A stretch of 64,000 bases of DNA from positions 25,420,001 through 25,484,000 of the forward strand of contig OX597828.1 of assembly GCA_951406725.2 (NCBI GenBank), given 5' to 3'. The DNA is from Octopus vulgaris. Lineage: Eukaryota. Under the pieces are notes generated by a model, which had not been told where the DNA came from, made no database searches, and saw only the letters and a list, made by a program, of their open reading frames with translations. Positions within the stretch are counted from its first letter, which is position 1; the number at the start of each line of letters is the position of its first letter. Both the position numbers and the translations under genes were made by a program. Positions 25,090 through 39,373 of this stretch are shown piece after piece.

Positions 25090-25223
25090 CTTGCTTCCCA
25101 ACCATATGGTTCCGGGTTCAGTCCTACTGCGTGGTACCTTGGGCATGTGTCTGCTACTATAGCCTCGGTCCGACCAAAGCCTTGTGAGTGGATTTGGTCG
25201 ACAGAAACTGAAAGAAGCCCGTC

Positions 25224-25224
<1 letters not shown>
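25088..25224 (+). mobile_element. SINE family D head, followed by an expanded (TA)n
   Basis: ggttccgggttcagtcctactgcgtggtaccttgggca...gaaactgaaagaagcccgtcg. Confidence 0.88.
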
Positions 25225-25288
<64 letters not shown>

Positions 25289-25307
25289 TATACATGTGCT
25301 ATATATG

Positions 25308-25350
<43 letters not shown>

Positions 25351-25363
25351 GTATATATATGTA

Positions 25364-25406
<43 letters not shown>

Positions 25407-25443
25407 ATATATATATATGTATATGTATATATATATGTGTATA

Positions 25444-25488
<45 letters not shown>

Positions 25489-25962
25489 ATATATATATAG
25501 ATATACAGAAATATACAAATACATACGTACATAGAAACATATACACACATAAATTACTGTAGAACTTCAAATGTATTACCACCATGGAAACTATAATATT
25601 CTTTCAATTTACATAAGCAGACGCAACCAAAGACTTTTTCTGCCAAAGAATATTTTGTCAAATCTCTCTCTCTCTCTGCTTGTACGTACATTCATATACT
25701 TACATAATATATATATATATATATATGAAATGAGACACACACACACACACACACACACGCATAACTATGTATATATTCACATATACAGAGAGTCGGATGC
25801 ACACACCTTTTCGTAGATACAAATAATTGTGTATACATAATCAAACATGTGCGTGTTTATATACGCACGCATATGTGTTTTTATGTATGGTTATGTATAA
25901 AATTTCTGTGATTCTCCGATAAAAACGTATGTATATAGAAATATATATTTATGTATATATTT

Positions 25963-26018
<56 letters not shown>

Positions 26019-26082
26019 GTATGTATATGCATATATTCATGCATACATGTGAGTATCCCCCTCTCTCCCACTTTCTATATAT

Positions 26083-27120
<1,038 letters not shown>

Positions 27121-28794
27121 AGTGAGATACATTACAACGCGCGCGCGCACACATCAAAGTAGTTCACGTTTTGGAACAAAATTGATCTTCTTTCCATCGT
27201 GTAATTGAAGAGACCGCTTTCTGCTATGAAATCTATTTTTCTTCTTTCAGTCACTCCAACCTCTCGGACACAATACCTTTAATTCATATTTCACATTCTT
27301 TCCAGGGGCCCATTAATGGTCGCCTTCAATATATTTGATTCATAATTTGTAATGAAATTCTACAACGAAGAAGCGTTGATCTGTTTTCTTTCTTTTTTAT
27401 AGAAATATTTTCATGTCTAAGATGTATTGTTATTAGCCAGATTATGATTTACTGGATTAGTAACGTCTGCTTTGCAACACCATTTCATTACACTAATCCT
27501 CTAAAATCCTTCCAGATGCCCAGTGCTCTTGTCAACTCTGGCCACATCCTCTTCTTGCTCTCTCCGACCACTTCTTCTATAGCTAATCTATATCTTTCAC
27601 TGACCCCCTCATCATCGTTTGCAGCCATGTTTCCTTTACGTTGTCCACGGTTACTTATTGCTACCGGTCGCTAGTTGAATATTTGCTGTGTAAGATTTTC
27701 TTCTTGTCTGAATTCATAACCAATCGAATTCCATTTTAGAAATTAAATCACACCCTTCACTTCCTCGAACCTAGCCACTTCCCTTGTGGAAGCATTAGTT
27801 ATGTGCAATGGCCAACAAATCACCAACATTCCAACATTCTTCGCAAAGTTCTATTTTCAAAAGCTAGACATTTTGGTAGCATTAGATATTGTATTATATA
27901 CCAAGTCGATTGCTAGAGTAATATAAAATCTCAGTTTTGCTTGTACTAATAAACTATTTGTACTTGTATTTGTGGCGACATTCACCCTGGGGAGGTTGAG
28001 TCGGCTTCTTCTCATGGAAGAAGTTTCGTGGGAATATGTGGATTTCACAAGCGGTCCCCAACAATCCCGCATGTAGAGACATCCTGTTTGCCGCAGATTG
28101 TCCGCAGACGCAGGAACAGAACGACCGAAGAGCCGCCGGTTGCCGAAACAGACACTCCGAGGATTTTCACCAGAGCCCAACTGCCGGGTTGTGGCCCTAA
28201 TACCACTCGGTGTCTGACCAATCCAGAGTGGTGATGTTCTGATGGTAAGGTTAAAGCAAGGCAGATAGATAGAGAGAGAGATAGAGGGAGAGAGACATGA
28301 TGGTGGTGGTGGTGGAGGCGACGGTGGTGATTGGATAGTGAAAAGCGTATTTTTTAAAAAATTGAACTAATTTTTAAAAAATCACCTAACACTTAACGCA
28401 ATTCCGTGAAATATTCACGCTTATTTACTTATTATGCAATTTAACTAAAGGTTGTCTGATATGTATGGGATATTTTTTCTTTTTTTGTTTATGGGGAAAA
28501 TGGAAAAATAAGTGTGAATATTTATTTTATGAGCGCTGTGTTTTAAGTCTATAAAATTATGCATAAAGTATATAAAGTGCATTACGTAATCATCGTATTG
28601 AGCGACTATTTTTCCACACAGGTACAAGTGAGGCTACGCTTTCAGGTGTTTTGGATAAAGTTTTCAGAAATAGCCCAGTGGATTTACCATTAATATCCAA
28701 GGATCCCGCTTGAACTAATAATCATGACATTGATAAATCTAACGATTTTGGTGAATTTAGCCTTTTTGAACAGGAGGAATTGGTGTCATCAAAT

Positions 28795-29060
28795 GACATC
28801 CAATAATCATCGATGATATTGAGCCTGGACTGTAACACCTGTTGGTGGCTTAGCAAAAGTAGCCAAACCACTACTCACCATCTCCCCCAGGTTCCAGCTT
28901 AGCGTATCTCCCTTGCTCCAAAGCCAGCGAGAGGCTCTTTGTGCGGCATCTCCTATCTTGTGAACAACCATCCTTCGCTCTTTTTCTCTTATTCCAATGG
29001 ACATAAGCATTCCCTATTCCGACTAGACAGGAATTTCTCTACAGTCAAACTAAACCGAGA
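28795..29060 (-). mobile_element. 3' end of a Hero-like (RLE) non-LTR retrotransposon
   Basis: MLMSIGIREKERRMVVHKIGDAAQRASRWLWSK matches the AAERASxWLW C-terminal motif of Hero-clade elements. Confidence 0.65.
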
Positions 29061-29454
29061 ATGGTCACGACTGTAAAAGGTTCCGCTATTTTGCACGCCT
29101 ATACAATGATATTAAATGAAATGAATATTGGCTAATATTGTTTTTCTTCACAACATATAATTATTCCAAAGAGAAAAGGGTGAGTGGTGTAGCAAGAAAG
29201 AATTTTGAGGCTGGTAGAAACATCTGGCTGGCAGGTAGTTTAGAATCTGTTGGAATGACGCTAACTGTGAAACCACGTGGTGCTTTTACATCGTTCTGGG
29301 GGAGACGGTTAATTTCAGATCTCTTTTTTTTAAAAATAAAGTTACATTCACTGACTCTCTTCCTCTGTTCTACAAATGTTGTTTGTTTGCGTAATTGTTT
29401 CGCAGTAAAATGATTTAGTTTTGGATGCAGATCGTCCCAATATGATTTCAATCG

Positions 29455-29668
29455 ATTCGAGCTTTCTCCGTCCGGGTTGCGGATCCGTGGAACAAGCTGC
29501 CAAACGAGAGGGTGAAGATGCCGACGACCGCTTTGTTCAAAGCCTCCCTGGACCTCAAGTGGCCTGAACTCTTTACATGAACACCACCCTGTACTTAACT
29601 CCACGTCCCCCTACATGGCCTTGCTATTTGCTTTTGAGCCAAATTAACTAACTAACTAACTAACTAAC
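29455..29668 (+). mobile_element. CR1/L2-like LINE 3' end with (TAAC)n tail
   Basis: AFSVRVADPWNKLP...LFKASLD...* (FSxRVxxxWNxLP...FKxxLD), short UTR, tandem TAAC tail. Confidence 0.8.
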
Positions 29669-30067
29669 ATCTATCCAACTGCGGGGCTTTGTTTCGCTCT
29701 TTTGTAACAGTTATATAAATCAATATTCAATTCATAACTTAAAAAGAAAAAAAGTTACACCTTGTTCCGTAACTACAGCTAGAAAGAGTCTGTTTACCAG
29801 AGGAGCTGTTGTTGTCATTCTCTTGTTCGGTTGTGTTGTTGATGTTTCGAGCCATGTTGTTGTAAACTCACTGCATGGTAAATCCAAGTTTTAGTCGAAA
29901 ATCGCTACGACCGTGAATAAAAGTCATAATCAGTTAATTCCTTTGAGGGTTAGCCAGTTATTTAACAAGGCTCCAAAGTTGTGGCTTCAAAGCTTGGGAT
30001 CGTATTCATCGTATTTTCGATAATCTCCCACGTCAAATACGCGGTATGTATGTATGTATGTATGTAT

Positions 30068-30432
30068 GATTGATATGCAACACATTTTGAATGCATTCTC
30101 TGATGCTTGCACTGCCTTAGGATTGACAGTCAATCTCAAGAAAACTGTTGTCATGCATCAACCTGCCCCTGGTAAGCAGTATAGTGTACCAAATATCTGG
30201 CAAACGACTTGATGTAGTTGATCAGTTTGTCTACCTGGGAAGCACTATTAATAGATATGGCAATTTGGATGATGAAATTCCATATAGAATTAGGAAAGCT
30301 GGCTATTACCAGTAAAGGTTTTAGTTGCCAGTTTTGTACAAGACATTGTAGATCTTTAGCTGAGCTAAAAAGTCACATTCGATCACAGCACCAGTAACAG
30401 TTAAGCTTCGTGCAATGGCCATACTCGATAAC
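30068..30432 (+). mobile_element. Internally deleted RTE LINE: RT domain end fused to the terminal zinc finger
   Basis: DMQHILNAFSDACTALGLTVNLKKTVVMHQP...VVDQFVYLGSTI...LDDEISYRIRKA joined directly to FSCQFCTRHCRSLAELKSHIRSQH*; (TATG)n on both sides. Confidence 0.85.
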
Positions 30433-30512
30433 GTATGTATGTATGTATGTATGTATGTATGTATGTATGTATGTATGTATCTGTTAGCTATTAATGTATA
30501 TATGTATGTGAA

Positions 30513-30830
30513 AGCGCGTGGCTTAGTGGTTAGGGTATTCAGCTCACGGTCGGAAGGTCGTGAGTTCGGTTCCCGGCAGCGTGTTGTGTCTTTGAGCAAG
30601 ATACTTCATTTGACGGTCCAGTCCACGCAGCTGGCAAAAATGAGTTCTACTTGTATTTCAAAGGGCCAGCGTTGTCACATTCTATGTCGCACTGAATCTG
30701 CCCGAGAACTATGTTCAGGGTACGTGTGTCTGTGGAATGCTCAACCACCTGCGCGTTAATTGCACGGACAAGCTGTTTCGTTGATCTAACCGATTGGAAC
30801 CTTCGTCGTCGTAACCGATTGAGCGCCAGT
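30513..30830 (+). mobile_element. SINE family B
   Basis: Collinear with the reverse complement of 14087-14414. Confidence 0.9.
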
Positions 30831-30843
30831 TATACCTAAAATG

Positions 30844-31192
<349 letters not shown>

Positions 31193-31437
31193 CTCCGTAT
31201 ATATGCGATGGACATCCGTTGTAACGATAACGATTCGGCTGTTCCATCTAATGAATTACTTCCTCCCAAATAAGCGTGTTGAGTACCGATGTTGGTGTTT
31301 TTACATCCACGTAACCTAGCGGTTCGGCAAAAGAGACCAATAGAATTAGTAGCAGACTTTGAAAAAGAAAGAGCTGTAATTTTCTAGATGGTATAACTTA
31401 ATTGTTCATTTTGAATTGATTAAATGTGTTTTTTTTC

Positions 31438-31521
<84 letters not shown>

Positions 31522-32209
31522 CATAAAACTCAACTTGTGTGTCTGTGTGTGTATCTGTGTGTGTGTCTGTGTGTTTAACTTCCCGGCACATCTCCTCCTA
31601 GCCAACAAATCGTAGAACCACCAAAAATGGGTCACTTAAAGTTTAGGCGAATGAAAATTGAACTGCGCTATTTCTGTTCCGAAATTCATCTCGCAAGTGC
31701 AAAAATCGATAATGTGTTTGTTTAGGCCTTATCCCATGCATTGAATAGTGAACTTTACTCAGTCAGCTGTTTGACGTGAACTGTGTTCACCACGCGTGCA
31801 AGCATGCGTAAATTGCATGAAAAATAAAAAATCAAGATATAAAAACGAATCGCCGTAAACATTGTAGAAATTCGGCAAAGAAATGAATTTTCGGAATGTA
31901 GCCTGGAGGGTTTTTCGTATTAATCGTTTGGACTTTGTGAACACATACCAATTGTTTTCATAACATTTTTAACGCTTTGAATTAAATGTGACTATTTTGC
32001 GTTGAGTCTGCAGTTTGAATCACTTTAACCAAATTTTAGCAGGCCGGATTTTTGATCATCACGATACATCGCCAGCGACTCCCTGAAACTCTCCCATGAA
32101 ATTCCCGTTGAGAAATCTGTATATATAAAACTCAACTTGTGTGTCTGTGTGTTTAACTTTTGGATCTACCAAGTTTCATTATTAAGGATGGAAAGTAGTG
32201 TGTAGCAAA

Positions 32210-32603
32210 TCTATATATATATAAAGCTGAAGTTGTCTGTGTGTGGCAGGTTTGGTAGCCTTCAACTAACACTATCTCCTTCGAGACCCTCCAACGCAAG
32301 TTGACCAAAATTGAGATTATGATAGAAGAAAGCTTGCTCTTCATTCTGTAGAAGATAAAATTCAAATCGGACCATGTTAACACCAAAAATTATTTACATC
32401 AAAAAGGTGCTTTTTTTCTATGAAAATCCCTATTCTTTTTACAATTTTTGACTGGTGTGACATCATTTTTCGGTGTATTTCAACGAGAAAAATGTTCACT
32501 TGAAGAGAGTAACAAGTTGCATAATGCAAAATTTTTACTTTTCAAAAAATTCCAATTCTAAAGGGTCGAAACAAACCCAAGCAACACCGGGTGATACTGC
32601 TAG
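32210..32603 (+). mobile_element. Non-autonomous Helitron
   Basis: 5' A|TC start, subterminal GC hairpin remnant cccaagcaacaccggg, 3' CTAG|T, no TSD. Confidence 0.8.
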
Positions 32604-32676
32604 TATATATATGAGCACCACCAGCAAATATATTTTTTTCCCTCTGTCTTCCCTTCTCGGGATCTTTCCTTCTCCT

Positions 32677-32745
32677 TTGTTTCCGACGAAGAGCTCCGCT
32701 CGAAACGTTAAACCCTCCTTCCCTTCTTTCCTGAGCGTCAAATAA
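32677..32745 (+). ncRNA. Variant hammerhead motif (core CCGACGA) in a short PLE pLTR-like fragment ending at (TA)n
   Basis: GTTT-CCGACGA-A-GAGC(TCC)GCTC-GAA-ACGT-T-AAAC; an alternative longer helix III ends at GTC 32737-32739; U4>C deviation from the core. Confidence 0.55.
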
Positions 32746-32932
32746 TACTTTAATTGTTCCACGTCCTCGCGTTGCTGTGTTTTTTTCGGTGTTTTCTTGT
32801 TTGGATTAACTATATATATACATACATATATATATGTATATATATGTACATATATATATACATACATGTATATATACACATATATATGTATATATATAAA
32901 TATATATTCACATACATATGTATATATATAAT

Positions 32933-33007
<75 letters not shown>

Positions 33008-33010
<3 letters not shown>

Positions 33011-33384
33011 TTGCGTCAGAAATTAATTAGCACTTCTCAAATTTCTACATTAAATAGGTTAAATCAATTAACCTATGAGCTGTTCAAAACGTCTTACGCG
33101 ATGAGAAAACTTAGTATGGTGTGATTTCGGCCCTTGCGAGGCGCTACCTTTATCTATTAAACAAAAGAAGATTTGTCTGCATCCGCACTCCAAGTTGTTA
33201 CACTGCTATGTCAACATCATAAGGCTGTAGACTCTCAAACTGCTCTGCAAACAAAGTTACGTCATCATTCTGCGCAACAGTGAACTCGCAACAAAGCAAT
33301 AGTTCGAGATATGGCCACTAGGTGACAGCAGATACCTTGAGTGAAGAGCAAATCAAGGGTGCTAATTAATTTCTGACGCAAGTG
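33008..33384. mobile_element. Tc1/mariner-type MITE
   Basis: Perfect 26-bp TIR cacttgcgtcagaaattaattagcac (33008-33033 / 33359-33384); TA on both sides. Confidence 0.93.
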
Positions 33385-33389
33385 TATAT

Positions 33390-33478
33390 CTGATGGCTGT
33401 CCCATCATTATCGAGTATGGCCATTGCACGAAGCTCAACTGTTATTGGTGCCGTGATCGAATGTGACTTTTATTTGCT
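33390..33478 (-). mobile_element. RTE LINE 3' end (same family as 30302-30432)
   Basis: Reverse complement of aaaagtcacattcgatcac...gcttcgtgcaatggccatactcgataa. Confidence 0.85.
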
Positions 33479-34254
33479 TTTTAAGGCTACAGCCAGCCAT
33501 TCAGTTGAGACTTACAGCACCATCAACAATCATGAACAATGTTATCATGCAATGCCTGTGCAAGAAGATATTTTTTTTAAGTGAGGAAAGGCTGTGCACT
33601 GAATCAATCCCACTCACTAAGCAACAGCAGCCATAATCCGAAAAGAAGAACAAGTCGACATCATCGGTAACCACTGAGCCGCAGGTTTTATGTCGGAGTT
33701 ATCCCAGTTACCTGAGTTACCTTCTCGTAGAAGGATGCCCTAACAAAGGCTAGGAGTCATTCACTCCAAATGGTTTAACTGCGCGATCGGGTATTCAGTC
33801 CGATTATTTCTGTCCCCGTGCATGATACAGCCTTAAGCCATAAGAAGAAAAAAATTACACTTTTATTGGATGGTTGTTGTCTCTCAAGAGTTCCTCCGCC
33901 CTCTGATGGGTTTCGCTTTTCGTCCCACAGAGTGTCCAATAAACACCCTCCTCACCGAGCACGCTTGGTGGTGTTGCCGGTTTAGTCGCCGACGGGCCGA
34001 CCATGCAACAGGTTGTACTGGGTTACATGTTACCAGTAGCACTCGAATATATACACATACATATCTATATGTATATATATAGAATACATACATACATACA
34101 TATGTATATATACATACATATATATATATGTTTCTGTATATATATATATATATGTGTGTGTGTGTGCGTTTGTATGTATATATAGGTTATGAGAGGTAAT
34201 GGTGTCAGGTAATGCTATGAACAGACTATAGTTAAACTCCAGGTTCCGTTATTT

Positions 34255-35748
34255 AGGTAGATGCACCGCCATTTGCGACACTGTTATTACTGAGAGCCTC
34301 CTAAATATGTGGCACTTGGTGAAGAGTTTGATGTAGCTACTCTCATTGTAGCTACCCTCTTGCCGTGAGGTAGGTTGTTCTGGGAGTCTTGACAGGAAGA
34401 GGTTCAGCTTTGATTTAAAAACGCCTACATCTAATTTGTGCAGATTCCTCAGGCTCTTTGGGAGAATATTAAGAAGCTGTGGGCCCCTGAACCCAGGCTG
34501 TTGCAGTATTTTCGATAATCTCCCACGTGATGGCGTTGCTGGGATCTTTGGCACTATGCAGCGTCATCCCGTTCTGACAATGGTGTAGCTTTCAATGCCA
34601 AAATTTGGCACAATTCCTTCCAGAATCTTCCAGATGTATATTACTGCATACCTCTCCCGCCTTCTCTACAGGGAGACTGTTTCAACCTTTCCCAGTAGCT
34701 GAGAAATTGCAAAGAGACGATCTTGTTTGTGAATCTTCTCTGGATTGCTTCAAGGTCCGCTGTTAATTTCACACTGGTGGGTGACCATAGCTGTAAGCAG
34801 TAATCCGGGCGGCTGAGGACAAATGTCCTCCAGAGGACCACAATGGTTTCCTTATCTCTGGTTCTGAATGTTCTTGGGATCCAGCCAGCCATTCGTCTGC
34901 ACTTTGTCGCCATCCAGATAAAGTGCACGTGGAAAGAGGTTCTGTATTTTCTGCGAGACTTTCGTATCATCTACGTAGCTTGCCAGAGTGGCTATCCGGG
35001 CACTTGAGGGCATATCTGAGAGAGCCACTATAAAAAGCAGTTTTCATAGAGATGGCTCCATTAGCCACTACTGCCTGACATCTATCTTTCAGAAAGTCAT
35101 GTAACCACTCACCAAGTTTTCCAGCTATGCCGAGATCACGCAGTTTGTGGCATATCATACCACGATCCAATTTATCAAAAGCTTTTGCAAAATCAAGGTG
35201 TATTACGTCCACATTTGAGTTGATGAGTAACTGCCTCAACACTCTGTCATAATGTTGTAAGAGCTATATCAGGTAGCTCCTACCTGGTCGAAAGCCATGC
35301 TGGGTATCACTCAGCAAGTTATTTTCATCAAAGAATGCGATTAGTTTCCCTCTGTCTGTTCGCTCCATGACTTTGCTAATATGTGGAGTCAGAGAGATAG
35401 GCCTATAATGTTTGGTATCTGCTCTGCTCCCCACTTTATGGATTGGACATATTATTCCCTCCTTCAGCTTGCTTGGCTATCTGCCATTTGTAAGAAATCT
35501 CAGGAAGAGAATCTGGAGGGGTATTGCTAGGGCATGCTTACACGCTTTGAGGAGAGATTTCAGGGTAACCATCAGGACCAGCAGTTGAGTTTGTGTCAAC
35601 TTCATCTGTGGCTAGTAGTATATCTTCTTCGCTAATGTTGATGTATTCCATCGTAACTGCCTCGCTGGTTGTAGGGGAGGCGGCAAAGAAGTCCACTGGT
35701 TCGTTCACTTGTCTGTGTCCCAACGGGGTGGTAAAGACTTTTGAACTG
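34255..35748 (-). mobile_element. CR1/L2-group LINE RT fragment, decayed, with internal deletions
   Basis: [66 protein letters not shown]; same family as 45471-46757. Confidence 0.92.
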
Positions 35749-35878
35749 CATATGTATATACATACATACATACATATATATATATATATGCATATGTATA
35801 TACATACATATATATACATACATATGTATATACATACATATATATACATACATATGTATATACATACACATACATACA

Positions 35879-35937
<59 letters not shown>

Positions 35938-36041
35938 AAATATAAGAGAGTTAACGTTAAATAGGTCAACTCTAGTGCTAGAAATAGCTCCGTATTCTGG
36001 TATTGCCGCCCGTGTAGGTCTGATAAATTGTATCAATGACA

Positions 36042-36120
36042 AATGTTGCTGATGATTTATAGATATATATGTGAGTATAATTTGCATATTATATTGATAA
36101 AGAAACAATTGTACAACATT
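36042..36120 (+). ncRNA. Minimal type-I hammerhead ribozyme motif
   Basis: Helix I AATGTTG/CAACATT (7 bp); CTGATGA; helix II TTTAT...ATAAA; GAAA; palindromic helix III ACAATTGT; GTA site at 36111-36113. Confidence 0.85.
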
Positions 36121-36388
36121 AATCTACTTTTTAGTTGTATTTCACTTTCCTTACGTTGAAGGTAGTGCTATTTCTATGTGGAGGTATCGTCGGCGGCTAT
36201 ACCAGAATACGGAGCTATTTCTAGCACTAGAGTTGACCTATTTAACGTTAACTCTCTTATATTTACGGATAAATATGTATCGTCTCCCTGGTTTGTTATG
36301 TGCTAGGTCGCTTGGTGTTAAACTAATGGTATTATTAAATTAATATCTAATTTTTCACCCTCATTTTTGAATATATATATATATATAT

Positions 36389-37140
36389 ATATTATTTAAA
36401 GGATCATAATAAACAATTTGATTTGGAATGGAATATTCTATCTATATCATTTCCATATGATAAAGGTAAATCTTTTTGTTCGGTTTGTAACTATGAAATG
36501 TATTTCAGCCTGTTTTCAGTTAATCCCCTTGTAAACACGTTTATAGAACGCGTTTATCGTTGCAAACATTGTCAAAAACATACCTTTAGCGATTTCTACC
36601 ATTCTATAAAATTTGACCTTTGACTGTCTTCTTACATTTCACTTCCACTAAATATATCTATTTCCATGCCTTTAAGCTTTATTCCTATTCATATATCGCT
36701 CTACATCTTTCCTCTATTTGTTTTCTGTTAATTTCTTTCTTTCTCCTCCTTTTTTTATAGACTACCTTTGCCGTTATATCTATTAACGATTTATAAAAAA
36801 AAACTTGCCTGCATTCCCGTCATCATATACGCAGTCATCACATTCTGTTAAAATGTCTTACTAATGTGTATGGCTTCCTTCTTTCCCTGATGAGAAGATT
36901 ACATTGTTTTACATCATTTTATTCTTTCTGGAATATTACCAATGTTTACTTCGAAACATATGTCGGAAGTAAAAATATTTGAATAACTCCTGCATTTAAC
37001 TCTATTTATTTCTCTATGCTAAACAAAAGCATTTCACCAAAACCTGGAATTAGGCTGTTACATCCTTGGTACTTGTGTGAATTTTTGCTACCCTGGTAAC
37101 TATTTATTTGTTTTCCGTTTTATTTGTAAACATTGAAAAA
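36389..37140 (+). mobile_element. Penelope-like element 3' end (Naiad-type endonuclease C-terminus plus pLTR) in (TA)n
   Basis: YLKDHNKQFDLEWNILSISFPYDKGKSFCSVCNYE...LVN...CKH parallels the LK..Y.I.W.IL...PY.....CxxC..E...LN.....C pattern at 17650-17850 and 51760-51960; carries a hammerhead. Confidence 0.8.
36882..36969 (+). ncRNA. Minimal type-I hammerhead ribozyme motif
   Basis: Helix I TTTCC/GGAAG; CTGATGA; helix II GAAG..ACATTG/CAATGT..CTTC with G-C closing pair; GAAA; palindromic helix III ACATATGT; canonical GTC site at 36962-36964. Confidence 0.88.
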
Positions 37141-37314
37141 ATACACATACATTTATACACACAAACACACTCATATATATATACACAATCATACACACAT
37201 CATATACATTTCATAGTTACAAACCGAACAAAAAGATTTACCTTTATCATATGGAAATGATATAGATAGAATATTCCATTCCAAATCAAATTGTTTATTA
37301 TGATCCTTTAAATA

Positions 37315-37375
<61 letters not shown>

Positions 37376-37384
37376 TACATATCT

Positions 37385-37505
37385 AACAAATCCATTCACA
37401 AGATTTGGTTAGGCCGAGGCTATAGTAGAAGACACTTGCCCAAGGTGCCACGTAGTGGGACTGAACCCGGAACCGTGTGGTTCGTAAGCAAACTACTTAC
37501 CACAC
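37385..37505 (-). mobile_element. SINE family D head
   Basis: gctatagtagaagacacttgcccaaggtgccacgtagtgggactgaacccggaacc. Confidence 0.88.
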
Positions 37506-37511
37506 ACACAT

Positions 37512-37546
<35 letters not shown>

Positions 37547-37917
37547 CATACATACTTATATGAATATATACGCGCGCGCGCTCCGTGTATATGTGAAGTA
37601 GTTTTTATTATGCGGTTCTTCCCCAGAAAAAATAAGGGTTAAGATAGGCCCCGGAAAAAAATTTGGTCTTTGTTGCTGAAACTGAAGTGAATTACGTTAT
37701 TTGTAGTTGTGTGATTATTGGCAGAAATGTAGCACAAGGCGTGAAAAGGATTCGAACTCTTGGCTGATGTGATTGTGATTCTATAAATTAACAAGTGAAC
37801 CATATCTTTATCTGTTTTTACACACGCACACGCGCGCGTCCATCTACCATATTAATATGTTATTTATTTATGTACGCGTGTATGTATACATGTGTGCTTG
37901 TGTGTATGTATGCATGA

Positions 37918-37975
<58 letters not shown>

Positions 37976-38048
37976 GGCTCCACACACGCATACATACACA
38001 CAGCCATACACAAAGAGATAGCTAATCTCGTGTTTTATATATATACAA

Positions 38049-38090
<42 letters not shown>

Positions 38091-38421
38091 TCTTCTCCCT
38101 CCTTTCTTTGAGAGGCGATGCGTTACTAAAGCAGCTGTTGATTCCAGGCTAAGTTTCCCACACACCTGACTGTTTCATGTATTATGATGTAGCAGCAGAC
38201 TGTGTGTACAATCCCTTATTATGTTACTTCCTTAGACAAAAAAAACAAAACAAAAAAACAAAACAAAACAAAAGAAACATGAAACAATACACAGCTGAAG
38301 GTAAAAACTCCTCTTTTGTTCATATACTTATTTCTATCCTCAACTACTGCCACGTCCAAAAAGAACAACTGTAGTCATAAGCGCCATTTTGTTTCTTGGG
38401 CAGAACTTTTTATCCCCAATT

Positions 38422-38473
<52 letters not shown>

Positions 38474-38678
38474 TTTTCCTTCCCATTGCTTTATTATTCT
38501 TATAGTACATTTACTGTTGTTACTTTTGCTTCATTTGTATTGTTTTACGAGATGTATATTCTTCGTGTAAAAAAAAAAAAAAGAAAAAGACGACGGTTGG
38601 ATAATTTCTGTAATTTTTACCCTCTTTGTTTTATATATTTTTTAGTGTGCTATTGTCACTGCTAACCCCACGGAGGTC

Positions 38679-38750
<72 letters not shown>

Positions 38751-39296
38751 CTATTATTATTGTTATTGTCACTTTTATTGTTGTTGTTTTTTCTTTTTAT
38801 TGTTGCTGTTGTTAATATTACGTTTATATTTTTCTATTTTAATATTTTCCCATTATTTCTCGGAGGAGATATTAATATCATAGACATAGTAATATCTTAA
38901 GGGCTACACGAAAAAGAACAATAGTTTACTAATCCCTCTGACTTCAACGGAATATGTTCATAGCTGAGAAAAAGAAGAAAAGAAAAAAAATACAAAGAAT
39001 ATCGATCAAAGAATGTTGATTTCGAATAAACACCTCAAGAGAATGAGGATTATAGGTTAGAGGAATAAGAAGGAAAAAAAAAGGAAGAAATGAAAAGGAG
39101 GAAGGAGAAAGCAAAACAAAAGGAGAAAAAAAAGACGAAGCAGATGAAGATGGTGGGAGGTGGAGGAAGAGGAAAAAAATGATCACTTGAAAGGAATGAA
39201 TATTTGATCCCTTTTCACGAAGTCTTTTCAGATCTATCCATGTATTGGTAATTGTAGAATATAGGTTCAGCTTAGACATGGAACGATGAATGTACA

Positions 39297-39373
<77 letters not shown>

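Noticed and set aside
27180-27900. Possible Merlin/IS1595-like transposase remnant on the minus strand (WKDFRGL, VNHN)
   Set aside because: The motifs are too degenerate to support by eye.
36150-36250. TTGAAGG-TAGTGCTA...TAGCACTA-GAGT as a third hammerhead in the cassette
   Set aside because: Several core positions deviate.
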